64,000 nt of DNA from Candidatus Omnitrophota bacterium (GTDB lineage: Bacteria > Omnitrophota > Gorgyraeia > Zapsychrales > Zapsychraceae). The stretch covers positions 11,659-75,658 of the forward strand of contig JAJDCB010000019.1 in NCBI GenBank assembly GCA_029261065.1. The letters run 5' to 3'. The notes beneath the pieces are model-generated. The model worked only from the letters and a program-made list of their open reading frames with translations, was not told the origin of the DNA and did not search any database. The translations under genes and the position numbers were made by a program. How positions within the stretch are numbered: position 1 is the stretch's first letter; the number at the start of each line of letters is the position of its first letter. Of the stretch, positions 1 to 10,912 are shown piece after piece.

Positions 1-380
1 ACTGCTCATCAAGATAACTCGTATTTTCAGCCACCCGAACGGACAAATCAACATTATCTCTCAGACCATACTTTTCGGCTAAACTATGACCCAACTCAAT
101 ATTGTTAGGTGTTATATCAAATCCACACACATCAAACCCAATCTTAGCAAATCGAACGGCACTCGCACCATTACCACAACCAAAATCTAGAAGTGTTCTT
201 CTCCCTTTTTGATATTCTCTAAGCACACATTCATACATAAACCAATAGGAATTCCATGGCCTTGATTCTGTTCCTAACACAGGATCAAACGTGATATCTT
301 TGACTGCATTCTTATCAGAAAATTGGCTGTAATACTCTCGCTCTCTCTGCTGACGTTCTGTCAGTTTATGACTATCCATA
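1..380 (-). CDS. class I SAM-dependent methyltransferase (N-terminal part; gene runs off window start)
   Basis: Manual minus-strand translation from ATG at 380: MDSHKLTERQQREREYY...LDFGCGNGASAVRFAKIGFDVCGFDIT. The glycine-rich motif I (DFGCGNG) is typical of Rossmann-fold MTases. Not in the ORF track because it is truncated. Confidence 0.6.
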
Positions 381-553
381 CTGCTTCCTCCCGCCAGGAT
401 CAAACCTCACAAACCCTTGCAGTCATTTTACTTAGATTTTAACAATTTATCTTGTAGATGTAAAACTATGAAGATATTGATTATATATAAGGGTAACATT
501 TATTGAGGAAACGTCAAGGGATCGAGAAAAGGAAAGCTTATGATGCCTTACAA

Positions 554-1609
554 TCAAGCCATTTTCTTTTGATAATCCACGTAGGCCAATTCTAAACCTT
601 TTCTCAGGTCAATCTTTGCCTTCCAACCTAATTGGCTCAACCTATCAACATCTAGTAATTTTCGAGGAGTTCCATCAGGCTTTGAAGTGTCCCAACTGAT
701 CTCACCATCAAAACCAATAGTATCTCGCACGATTTCAGCAATCTCTTTAATGGTATTATCAACGCCAATACCGATATTCACAAATTCGCCAATGTCGCTG
801 GCATCACATTGATTCATCAAATAAAGGCAGGCATCGGCTAAATCATCAGCATATAAAAACTCTCGATACGGAGAACCTGAACCCCACATGACAACGGCTT
901 GATCACTAACACCAATTTTCTTTAAGGACTCTCTAATCTTTGATTCATCCGCTTTGGTTAAATCTTCTTCAGGACTCCCATAACGCTTAAAGTCTTTGCA
1001 AATATCATCAATTTTATTTTCTTTTAATAATTTCGCTAAATGAAATTTTCGAATCATAGCAGGCAAAACATGCGAATTTTTTAAATGATAATTATCATTT
1101 TCACCGTAAAGATTAATCGGCATGACAGAAATATAATTGGTTCCAAATTGTTCGTTATAATGTTTGCAAAGGCGAATGGCAGCAATTTTGGCAATAGCAT
1201 ACGCATCATTCGTTGGTTCCAGAAGGCCTGTGAGCAAATATTCTTCTTTTAATGGTTGCGGGGCAAGTTTAGGATAAATACAAGCTGAGCCTAAGTTCAT
1301 TAATTTTTTAACGCCAACCTTATAACTCGCTTCAACCGTATTTGATGCAATCATCAAGTTTTGGTAAATAAATTCTGCCTTATACGAATTATTCGCTAAA
1401 ATCCCGCCTACTTTAGCAGCAGCTAAAAAAACGTAATCTGGACGCTGTTCTTCAAAATACTTTTCCGTATCTTCCTGCCGCGTTAAATCTAATTGATTAT
1501 GCGTTTGGGTGAGGATATTTGTATAACCAGCCGCTTCTAAAGCACGAACGATGGCCGAACCAACCATGCCGCGATGGCCTGATACAAATATTTTAGAATC
1601 TTTTTCCAT
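554..1609 (-). CDS. fcl: GDP-L-fucose synthase (GDP-4-keto-6-deoxymannose 3,5-epimerase/4-reductase)
   Basis: N-terminal SGHRGMVGSAIVRAL NAD(P)-binding motif and short-chain dehydrogenase fold. Sits immediately downstream of gmd. Confidence 0.85.
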   Translation of the reverse strand: MEKDSKIFVSGHRGMVGSAIVRALEAAGYTNILTQTHNQLDLTRQEDTEKYFEEQRPDYVFLAAAKVGGILANNSYKAEFIYQNLMIASNTVEASYKVGVKKLMNLGSACIYPKLAPQPLKEEYLLTGLLEPTNDAYAIAKIAAIRLCKHYNEQFGTNYISVMPINLYGENDNYHLKNSHVLPAMIRKFHLAKLLKENKIDDICKDFKRYGSPEEDLTKADESKIRESLKKIGVSDQAVVMWGSGSPYREFLYADDLADACLYLMNQCDASDIGEFVNIGIGVDNTIKEIAEIVRDTIGFDGEISWDTSKPDGTPRKLLDVDRLSQLGWKAKIDLRKGLELAYVDYQKKMA

Positions 1610-1641
1610 ACTGTCCTTTTTTACTAAAATAGATTAAAACT

Positions 1642-2727
1642 CTATTCATGAAAATCCATGACCTTATAGCCTTTTTGCTTCAACAAAGCTTCTTTTTCAG
1701 CTTCCTGAAGATCGAAGGTTATCATCTCTTTCGCTAACTGTTGCATGCTATGTTTGGCTTTCCATTTTAATTTGGTTCGCGCTTTAGACGCATCACCTAA
1801 AAGTAATTCAACCTCTGTCGGACGGAAATATTTAGAATCTACCTCAACAACTGTTTTACCGCTCGCCTTATTAATTCCTTTTTCCTTAATGCCTTTACCT
1901 TGCCACTTGATAGTTATTCCAACTTCCTTAAAAACAAGATTAACAAAATCTCGCACAGAATATGTTTCACCCGTCGCCAAAACAAAATCATCTGGCTTTC
2001 TCTGCTGCATTATTCTCCACATCCCTTCCACATAATCTTTGGCATGACCCCAATCGCGCTTGGCATTAAGGTTACCTAAAAATATTTTATTCTGCAAACC
2101 CACTTTGATTCTTGCCACAGCACGCGTAATTTTTCGTGTGACAAAAGTCTCGCCTCTTAACGGAGATTCATGATTAAACAAAATACCATTACAGGCATAC
2201 ATGTTATACGCTTCGCGATAATTGACGGTAATCCAATAAGCATACAATTTTGCAACCCCATAAGGTGATCGTGGATAAAAAGGCGTTGTTTCTTTTTGAG
2301 GGGTTTCTTGAACCTTACCATAGAGCTCAGATGTTGACGCTTGATAAAACTTTGTTTTCTTTTCTAATTTTAAAATACGGATAGCTTCGAGTAATCTTAA
2401 AGGACCTAACGCATCGGAATTGGCTGTGTATTCAGGAGTCTCGAAGGAAACTTGAACATGAGATTGAGCGGCGAGATTATAAATTTCATCGGGTTGAACT
2501 TCTTGGATGATACGAATCAAATTGGTTGAATCTGTCATATCTCCATAATGGAGTTTAAATTTAACACCCTGTTCATGAGGATCACGATAGAGATGATCAA
2601 TCCGATGCGTATTAAACATTGAACTTCGTCTTTTAATACCATGAACTTCGTAACCTTTGGATAAAAGTAACTCCGTAAGATACGCGCCATCTTGACCTGT
2701 GACACCTGTAATCAAAGCTTTCTTCAT
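1642..2727 (-). CDS. gmd: GDP-mannose 4,6-dehydratase
   Basis: [31 protein letters not shown]... and overall length are typical of Gmd. Confidence 0.9.
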   Translation of the reverse strand: MKKALITGVTGQDGAYLTELLLSKGYEVHGIKRRSSMFNTHRIDHLYRDPHEQGVKFKLHYGDMTDSTNLIRIIQEVQPDEIYNLAAQSHVQVSFETPEYTANSDALGPLRLLEAIRILKLEKKTKFYQASTSELYGKVQETPQKETTPFYPRSPYGVAKLYAYWITVNYREAYNMYACNGILFNHESPLRGETFVTRKITRAVARIKVGLQNKIFLGNLNAKRDWGHAKDYVEGMWRIMQQRKPDDFVLATGETYSVRDFVNLVFKEVGITIKWQGKGIKEKGINKASGKTVVEVDSKYFRPTEVELLLGDASKARTKLKWKAKHSMQQLAKEMITFDLQEAEKEALLKQKGYKVMDFHE

Positions 2728-2770
2728 ATTCTTTCTCCTACTATTTTTGAAGGTAGTTTCAAAAGACTAA

Positions 2771-2989
2771 GGCAAGAATAACCAAGGTACAAGACACAAG
2801 ATACAAAAAATAATCAAGAAACAATGTTTGAATAACCAAAAATAATTGGGTATTAAAGCATTGATGTATTGGGTATTTTTTGCCCAGCATCAAGAGACGC
2901 GGGTTCCGGCCAAAGGCCGGAATATCTTGCCCCGCCTTTTGCGGGGTCACGCCAACGGCGGGATAACTTGCACCTTGGTTATTCTTGCC
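2771..2989. repeat. 219-bp element bounded by a perfect 18-bp inverted repeat (GGCAAGAATAACCAAGGT at 2771-2788 / ACCTTGGTTATTCTTGCC at 2972-2989) with a GC-rich hairpin core (2882-2965); candidate structured ncRNA/leader or MITE-like element
   Basis: Read directly from sequence. The reverse complement of 2972-2989 equals 2771-2788 exactly. The core contains nested and mutually exclusive GC stems (ttccggcc/ggccggaa; ccccgc/gcgggg) in an otherwise AT-rich genome. Confidence 0.3.
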
Positions 2990-3065
2990 ATGTTCTTTTA
3001 CACTACCTTTAGAATGATACCCACAAAAATATTCATTGTAACCATTTACAAAAACGTTATCAAGC

Positions 3066-3100
3066 AAAAAAGGCAAGGTTCGAAAACCTTGCCTTTTTTT
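3066..3100. terminator. bidirectional rho-independent terminator downstream of groEL
   Basis: An A6 run, then stem GGCAAGGTT-cgaa-AACCTTGCC, then a T7 run. Both strands show a U-tract after the hairpin. Confidence 0.7.
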
Positions 3101-3121
3101 CAAGTATAGAAAACAACCTGA

Positions 3122-4792
<1,671 letters not shown>

Positions 4793-4835
4793 CTAATTCG
4801 TTAATTCAATTTATCTACGGATTTTATTGATGAAT

Positions 4836-5129
4836 TTACTTCTCAACAACAGCAAAAACATCATCTTCCCGCATAATTAAAAGGTCTTCGCCTTCATTTG
4901 TTGAAATTTCTGTTCCGCTGTATTTTCCATATAAAACGCGATCGCCTACTTTAATCTCAAGAGCTTGTATTTGACCATTGTCACTGTATTTTCCTTTTCC
5001 AACAGCAACTACTTTTCCTTCTTGTGGCTTTTCTTTGGCAGTATCTGGAAGAACAATGCCCCCTTTTGATTTCGCCTCAGCTTCAAGCGTTTTTACTACA
5101 ATTCTGTCTGATAACGGTTTAATTGCCAC
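4836..5129 (-). CDS. groES: co-chaperonin GroES
   Basis: 97 aa; [13 protein letters not shown]...GKVVAVGKG is typical of GroES. Immediately upstream of groEL. Confidence 0.95.
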   Translation of the reverse strand: MAIKPLSDRIVVKTLEAEAKSKGGIVLPDTAKEKPQEGKVVAVGKGKYSDNGQIQALEIKVGDRVLYGKYSGTEISTNEGEDLLIMREDDVFAVVEK

Positions 5130-5213
5130 TGTGCTACCTCCCTTTAAGGTTTAACGTGTTGATTCTTAACTGTTTTTGCACCTAATATTATGCAAAATGG
5201 AATAAACTCTCAA

Positions 5214-5240
5214 TTAGCACTTAACTAACCAGAGTGCTAA
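5214..5240 (-). promoter_or_regulatory. CIRCE inverted repeat (HrcA operator) in the groES leader
   Basis: TTAGCACTT-N9-GAGTGCTAA matches the CIRCE consensus TTAGCACTC-N9-GAGTGCTAA at 17 of 18 positions. Confidence 0.85.
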
Positions 5241-5266
5241 TTTACCAAAAATTCTTTATTTGTCAA
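5238..5266 (-). promoter_or_regulatory. putative sigma70-type promoter for groESL overlapping CIRCE
   Basis: On the minus strand: TTGACA (5266-5261), 16-17 nt spacer, then TAAATT/AAATTA running into CIRCE. This is the classic arrangement. Confidence 0.5.
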
Positions 5267-5349
5267 GTATTTTTATTAAATCTAAGAAATATTTTGGAAG
5301 AATAGTGAATATACTTTGGAAGATTACAAAAACAACCACAGCATTAGTA

Positions 5350-6114
5350 TTACAACACTTTACTTTCACATAAAAGTCCCAATCCTTTAAATACAAGCTG
5401 ACTATCCATATAATCTACACGCTTACCTATAAAAGAGGCCATTAAATGCGTATAACCACCCGTTACAATAACAACTGGCTTTTTTTTAAATTTTGAAGAT
5501 AACGTATCAATAAGCCCCTGACACATCGCTCCATAACCATAAAAAATTCCACAGAGAATACTTTCTTTCGTATTCTTGCCAATAAGAGATTTTGGTTTAG
5601 TAATCATCTTTACTTTAGGCAACAATGCCGCTCTTTGAAATAATGACTCCACAGAAAGTTGAATTCCTGGAATAATAAGGCCGCCCTCATAGGCGCCTTT
5701 TGATGAAATGATATCGAGAGTTATCGCTGTTCCAAAATCGATAACTATAGCAGGCGCACCATACAAACATTTAGCCGCATAAGCACCAATCAAACGATCT
5801 TCTCCTACCTCTTTAGGTCGATCATAATTATTCTTAATCGGAACCTTTAGATCCCGTCCTACAACCTTAGGTTTCAAAGAAAGCAACTTCTCAATATTTT
5901 TAACAACAACCTGTTCAACCTTAGGAACGACACTACACACGATTATCTCATCAACCTCACCTTTTTTTCTTAGACGTCTCACCAAAATTTCAAGATGTTT
6001 CTTAATCTCTCTTTGGGATAATTGTGATGAAAACTGATAAACAGGCGTGATTCTTTTTTTCAAAAGACATACGGCATTAATCGATGTGTTTCCTATATCA
6101 ACAGCTAACTTCAT
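5350..6114 (-). CDS. coaX: type III pantothenate kinase
   Basis: MKLAVDIGNTSIN... and the IVIDFGTAITLD motif. ATGA start/stop overlap with uvrB. Confidence 0.85.
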   Translation of the reverse strand: MKLAVDIGNTSINAVCLLKKRITPVYQFSSQLSQREIKKHLEILVRRLRKKGEVDEIIVCSVVPKVEQVVVKNIEKLLSLKPKVVGRDLKVPIKNNYDRPKEVGEDRLIGAYAAKCLYGAPAIVIDFGTAITLDIISSKGAYEGGLIIPGIQLSVESLFQRAALLPKVKMITKPKSLIGKNTKESILCGIFYGYGAMCQGLIDTLSSKFKKKPVVIVTGGYTHLMASFIGKRVDYMDSQLVFKGLGLLCESKVL

Positions 6115-8144
6115 GTCTTTTTCTTTTTTTTAGAAAGTTTTTTAAACTTTACTTTTCTTGAACGACCAACGGATTGCGGAGTTTGTAACTCTTTAATTTT
6201 ATCACGAATCGTTGCCGCTTTTTCAAATTGTAGATTGCGCGCGGCTAAATCCATTGCACGCTCTAATTCTGATATATAATTTGATAACTCATACTCTTCC
6301 GGTTTTTGTCCCACCGCATCAAGAATAATATTTTCAACCTCACCATCAGCTAATTGTTCAATACCATCACGTATCGCTTTTTTAATCGTTTGAGGTGTAA
6401 TATTATGCTTTTTATTAAAAGCTAATTGAATTTTCCGACGACGATCACATTCTGAAATCGTTGCCTTCATCGCAAGACTTGACGAATCAGCATACATAAT
6501 GACAAGCCCATTTATATTACGCGCCGCTCGCCCGGATGTTTGAATAAGAGATGTTTGTGACCTTAAAAAACCCTGCTTATCGGCATCAAAAATAACAACC
6601 AAAGACACCTCTGGCAAATCTAACCCTTCTCTTAATAAGTTAACCCCAACCAAACAATCAAACTTCTTCATACGCAACTCTTTTAAAATCTTTGTACGAT
6701 CAATCGTTTGAATATCAGAATGAAGATATTTAACACTTAAGCCCTGTTCTAACAAATAGTCTGTTAAGTCCTCTGACATTCTTTTCGTTAATGTTGTCAC
6801 AAGCACGCGCTCATTTTTCTTTGATCGTATTTTCACCTCTTTAACCAAATCATCAACCTGCCCCTCAGTAGGCCTTATTTCAATAGGAGGATCAACAATA
6901 CCTGTAGGACGAATGATTTGTTCCACAACCTTACCTCGATCTTCCGTTAATTCATAAGGGCCCGGTGTTGCCGAAACATAAATGCGTTGACCGATTGATT
7001 TTTTAAATTCAGCAAATTTTAAAGGTCTATTATCCAAACAAGAAGGCAATCGAAATCCATGTTTAACCAACATTTCTTTACGCGAACGGTCCCCTTCATA
7101 CATACCACGTGATTGTGGAACCGTCACATGAGACTCATCAATCAGGGTTATAAAATCTTTGGGGAAATAATCGATTAAACAAAAAGGCCTTGCCCCTGGT
7201 GGACGACCGGATAACGAACGTGAATAATTCTCAATCCCATGACAATAACCCATCTCCGTCATCATTTCCATATCATAACGTGTCCGTGAATCTAGGCGTT
7301 GGGCTTCGGCAAGCTTACCTTCTTTATTTAATTTGGCAACTTGCCCTTTCAGCTCTTGTTCTATTTCACCCAACCCTTTCTCAATTCTTTCAGAGGAGGT
7401 TACAAAATGTTTGGCTGGGTATATAGCCGTTTTATTCAGGACTTGTAATTCTTTACCTGAAATAGGATCGATTTGAAGAATCTTTTCTATCTCATCTCCA
7501 AAAAACTGAATTTGAAGGGCATCCTGTCGATAAGCAGGATATATCTCAACAACATCACCTCGCACGCGAAAAGATCCGCGCGTAAAATCAAAATCATTGC
7601 GCTCATACTGAATATCAATCAGTTTTAACAACACCTCATCTCGATCAATCTCCTGCCCTTTTTCCAAATACAACAAATTTTCTTTATAAACTTCTGGAGA
7701 GCCTAAACTGTAAATACATGATACGCTTGACACAACAATCACATCCTGACGAGACATCAACGAAGTTGTGGATGACAACCTTAATCGATCCAAACGATCA
7801 TTAATCGAGGCGTCTTTTTCTATATAAATATCTGTTTGAGGAATGTAGGCTTCTGGTTGGTAATAGTCATAATAGCTGACAAAGTACTCAACAGCATTAT
7901 GAGGAAAAAACTCTTTAAATTCACTGTAGAGTTGGGCGGCAAGAGTTTTATTATGCGAGATAACAAGTGTAGGGCGATTAACCTTTTCAATGACATTCGC
8001 TAAGGTAAACGTCTTTCCACTTCCTGTCACCCCCAACAATACTTGCGAGGGCATCTTAGCTTCTATGCCTTTAACCAATTGATCAACGGCTGTAAGTTGC
8101 TCAACAACTGGCTTAAACTTGCTTTCAAGAATAAATTTATCCAT
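6111..8144 (-). CDS. uvrB: excinuclease ABC subunit B
   Basis: 677 aa with a GSGKTFT Walker A, helicase motifs and a UvrB beta-hairpin region. Ends in an unusual lysine-rich tail KKLSKKKKKT. Confidence 0.95.
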   Translation of the reverse strand: MDKFILESKFKPVVEQLTAVDQLVKGIEAKMPSQVLLGVTGSGKTFTLANVIEKVNRPTLVISHNKTLAAQLYSEFKEFFPHNAVEYFVSYYDYYQPEAYIPQTDIYIEKDASINDRLDRLRLSSTTSLMSRQDVIVVSSVSCIYSLGSPEVYKENLLYLEKGQEIDRDEVLLKLIDIQYERNDFDFTRGSFRVRGDVVEIYPAYRQDALQIQFFGDEIEKILQIDPISGKELQVLNKTAIYPAKHFVTSSERIEKGLGEIEQELKGQVAKLNKEGKLAEAQRLDSRTRYDMEMMTEMGYCHGIENYSRSLSGRPPGARPFCLIDYFPKDFITLIDESHVTVPQSRGMYEGDRSRKEMLVKHGFRLPSCLDNRPLKFAEFKKSIGQRIYVSATPGPYELTEDRGKVVEQIIRPTGIVDPPIEIRPTEGQVDDLVKEVKIRSKKNERVLVTTLTKRMSEDLTDYLLEQGLSVKYLHSDIQTIDRTKILKELRMKKFDCLVGVNLLREGLDLPEVSLVVIFDADKQGFLRSQTSLIQTSGRAARNINGLVIMYADSSSLAMKATISECDRRRKIQLAFNKKHNITPQTIKKAIRDGIEQLADGEVENIILDAVGQKPEEYELSNYISELERAMDLAARNLQFEKAATIRDKIKELQTPQSVGRSRKVKFKKLSKKKKKT

Positions 8145-8243
8145 GACGAGATTTTAACCTAAAATGAAAAAACCCTGATTCATCTAAGAGATAACAAATG
8201 TTTCTTATCTCCCAGTAACCGGGGACCTTAACCAACATAACAA

Positions 8244-8693
8244 TTAAATTTTTCCTTCGACATCTTTCATAAAACGATTAATAAGCTTATCGTTTCTATA
8301 CTTAAATGTCGTTTTCACATAAACTGTCGATACCTTTAAATAACGAACTTCCAGTTCCACAACATTACCTGCTCCCGCCCTAAGAAATATATTGGCACGA
8401 GCGTAACCACGCCTTAAGAAACTAGAAGGTTTTTTTACATCTACGAAAAATAAAGCTTGAAGATCTTCTTTCGTTTTGGTGGCTAGACTCCGTTCATATA
8501 TTGCAGGATCAACCGTATTTGTCACTGTCCATCCAAATTCTTCGCTTGTTTTTATAACAGCCTTAAAAACATCATCATATTCCGCATAAAATTTCTGTTT
8601 ATAAGAATATTTATCAGCGATATATTGGGGGACAGTGACAGAGGCGCAACCTGAAAACATGACGCAAAAAACTATGACCAACCATTTCTTCAT
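8244..8693 (-). CDS. hypothetical lipoprotein
   Basis: Signal peptide with a lipobox (VMFSGC). No family recognised. Confidence 0.5.
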   Translation of the reverse strand: MKKWLVIVFCVMFSGCASVTVPQYIADKYSYKQKFYAEYDDVFKAVIKTSEEFGWTVTNTVDPAIYERSLATKTKEDLQALFFVDVKKPSSFLRRGYARANIFLRAGAGNVVELEVRYLKVSTVYVKTTFKYRNDKLINRFMKDVEGKI

Positions 8694-8733
8694 ATGCTTT
8701 ACACTCTTATCTTTTTAGAAAGATGTAATTTAA

Positions 8734-9087
8734 CTAACAAATTTTACCATGCTTATATGGTCTATTTTTGTTAACTTCACATTTTTCTGAAATTTCTTTT
8801 TCAATATCAATCCCTAGCCCTCCGCATAAATCTAGAAGACGGATAAAGGTATCAGCTAGCTCTTCTTTAAAATTGGCTTCATCTTGATGACGATGAGCTT
8901 CCATCGCTTCGGCTAACTCAGTAACAACAAGCATTAAAGCCTCACCAATATTTCTTTCTTTTTCCCAAAACCCTTTTTCCTTAGCAATGCTATGGCACGT
9001 TTGTGCTAACTCACTAAGTGATTGTCCTTTAATTTCTGTTTCTGGCACGGAACACCTCCATATCGTTTGGTAAGTTAGAGTCGACAC
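8734..9087 (-). CDS. MazG-like nucleotide pyrophosphohydrolase domain protein (small stand-alone)
   Basis: ELAEAMEA ... EELADTFIRLLDL matches the MazG EExxE/EELxD helix pattern. The 5' end overlaps the RluA ORF, so the true start is uncertain. Confidence 0.55.
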   Translation of the reverse strand: MSTLTYQTIWRCSVPETEIKGQSLSELAQTCHSIAKEKGFWEKERNIGEALMLVVTELAEAMEAHRHQDEANFKEELADTFIRLLDLCGGLGIDIEKEISEKCEVNKNRPYKHGKIC

Positions 9088-9709
9088 TAACTTTTGTGTT
9101 GGTATAAATATCCACCCACTCTAATCTCTGCGCGTGTAATGCCACACGACGAAATTTAATTGAATAATCCCGGGCAATCGCATACTTTCTTTCTCCCAGG
9201 AGTGGATGACCTAATAAATTAAAATGAATCCGAATTTGATTGCTACGGCCAGTAATCGGCATTACCTCTACTATACTAAATCCTTTACCTACCGCAAGCA
9301 CTTTATAATCCGTTATAGCGGGCTTAGGCGCACTATGCATAAGATATTTTTTTTGATCAAGACTTTTAATGGGATGCTTAATTTGACCTTCTTTTTGACT
9401 AAGTTGTCCATGGACAAATGCTATATACGTTTTCTTAACCGCTCTATCTTTAAAAACATCCATCATCTTTTGTTGATTAGATTTTCCTTTTGCAAAAAGA
9501 ATAACCCCTGAGGTATCACGATCGAGCCGATGACAAGGATGAAGTTTCTGATTATTTTTGGTTTGAGCTTTTTGAAAATTAACAATATGGATAAGGGTAT
9601 TTTCTTCTTTTTTAGGTGTTGGAACAACAAGAAGTCCCGAAGGTTTATCGAAAACGATGTAATGTTCATCTTCGTGAAGGACAGGAATTAATTTTTTGAG
9701 ATTGACCAC
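9029..9709 (-). CDS. RluA-family pseudouridine synthase
   Basis: HRLDRDTSGVILFAKG is the catalytic Asp motif of the RluA family. Confidence 0.85.
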   Translation of the reverse strand: MVNLKKLIPVLHEDEHYIVFDKPSGLLVVPTPKKEENTLIHIVNFQKAQTKNNQKLHPCHRLDRDTSGVILFAKGKSNQQKMMDVFKDRAVKKTYIAFVHGQLSQKEGQIKHPIKSLDQKKYLMHSAPKPAITDYKVLAVGKGFSIVEVMPITGRSNQIRIHFNLLGHPLLGERKYAIARDYSIKFRRVALHAQRLEWVDIYTNTKVSVDSNLPNDMEVFRARNRN

Positions 9710-9735
9710 AATAAGCTATGAATAACAATTAGATG

Positions 9736-10092
9736 TTATTCGTCTTTCTCTAAATATTCGGAAATATAATCGGCAATTAACTCTGAATCTTTAACAGAAA
9801 TATCGTTAAAAAAAATGGCCACATTATAATGATCTTTTGGATTGGATATTTCTTCTATACGAACAACAACTCCAGAGCAGGAAATACGTTTAGTTGCTTG
9901 TTTCCCATTTCTTGTTATAGGCAGAAGCAGTTGCGTTTTGATCTTAGTCATCGGCTCAATATACCGACTAACGCGACAATACGCACCACTACGGGATATA
10001 TTTTCTGTCTCTGTCACAATATCACCATCCTCTTGGCACAACTTTAAAGGGATGCTATTATCAAGTCTGTGATCTTTTCTGCGTTCTGGCAT
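9736..10092 (-). CDS. PilZ domain protein (c-di-GMP receptor-like)
   Basis: N-terminal RRKDHR (the RxxxR motif) and NISRSGAY (the D/NxSxxG motif). Confidence 0.7.
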   Translation of the reverse strand: MPERRKDHRLDNSIPLKLCQEDGDIVTETENISRSGAYCRVSRYIEPMTKIKTQLLLPITRNGKQATKRISCSGVVVRIEEISNPKDHYNVAIFFNDISVKDSELIADYISEYLEKDE

Positions 10093-10215
10093 GTGAGTCT
10101 AAGGATAAACAATGTAAAACTGTTGTTAATCAGAGGTATTAAACCAACCTGGAATTTCGTTAAAGCTTCGAAATTCCTAAATTAAAAAAAAGAACACCAT
10201 TGAAACGATTAGAAA

Positions 10216-10386
10216 TTAAGCTTCAGCGCCTGCAGCTGCTTCTTTATCTTTTTTTACTTTTGCTTGATAAGCCGTTTTATTAGCATAATACAATCCATTA
10301 CGATAATAACGTTTGACGCGCTTAAGAGCCTTTCCGGTCCCCGCACACTTTTTTGCCACTTCATTATCTTTCTTCTTTTCAGACAT
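10216..10386 (-). CDS. 56-aa basic miniprotein with a degenerate YHS/TRASH-like pattern (absent from ORF track, below cutoff)
   Basis: Manual translation: MSEKKKDNEVAKKCAGTGKALKRVKRYYRNGLYYANKTAYQAKVKKDKEAAAGAEA. An AAGGAG RBS lies 5-10 nt upstream. The gene fills the gap between the two PilZ genes on the same strand. Confidence 0.45.
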   Translation of the reverse strand: MSEKKKDNEVAKKCAGTGKALKRVKRYYRNGLYYANKTAYQAKVKKDKEAAAGAEA

Positions 10387-10438
10387 GAAACTCTACTCCT
10401 TTTCTCTTTTTATACTACGATATCACCCTATTTGTATT

Positions 10439-10912
10439 TTAAGAATTATCTACAAATTGATGAAGCTTGTGTTTTGTTTGAGCAATAATCGATTCCGGAT
10501 CAAATTCTAAACCTGCGATATAACGATCACTATAACGCATCTTCGAAATCCATACAACGCGCGCCAAACACTCTACTTTCTTAAGATCATCCAATTGAAT
10601 CTGTATTGCTAGAGGCGTATTCATTGGTACAAAATGATTAATATTAACGCGTAAGCCTCCCTCACTTAAATCACTGGCTACACAACCGACAATATCTTCA
10701 TAACGCAAACTCTGGTATTGAACCGGTTGTTTAAATGGAATTCTTGAAAAAACGCGATTTTCTTCTTCCCCACTATTCTTCACAAGATTGCTCCATTGTT
10801 TAAATGTCCAGGAGTTAAGCGTGAGCATTATAACATAATCAACCTTACACTCAATGATTTTTTGCACAGACCATAAAAATCCAACGCTTCCTAAATGCCT
10901 GGAAAAAAGCAC
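10439..10912 (-). CDS. PilZ domain protein
   Basis: RIPF...DLSEGGLRVNINH shows the PilZ RxxxR and DxSxxG motifs. The ORF begins at a GTG with an AAGGTG RBS; an alternative ATG start is at Met29. Confidence 0.65.
   Translation of the reverse strand: MLFSRHLGSVGFLWSVQKIIECKVDYVIMLTLNSWTFKQWSNLVKNSGEEENRVFSRIPFKQPVQYQSLRYEDIVGCVASDLSEGGLRVNINHFVPMNTPLAIQIQLDDLKKVECLARVVWISKMRYSDRYIAGLEFDPESIIAQTKHKLHQFVDNS

Noticed and set aside
2759-3109. ORF-track entries 2759..3103 (-) and 2846..3109 (+)
   Set aside because: They start inside or run through the groEL terminator hairpin and the IR-bounded GC-rich element, have no RBS, and show low-complexity translation. Most likely non-coding.
8150-8243. 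Hairpin gagataa/ttatctc between the lipoprotein gene and uvrB as a terminator
   Set aside because: Short stem with a distant U-tract; weak.
10159-10200. Hairpin GGAATTTCG-N9-CGAAATTCC downstream of the miniprotein gene
   Set aside because: On the relevant (minus) strand the T-run precedes rather than follows the stem, so it is not a canonical intrinsic terminator. Possibly just a palindrome.
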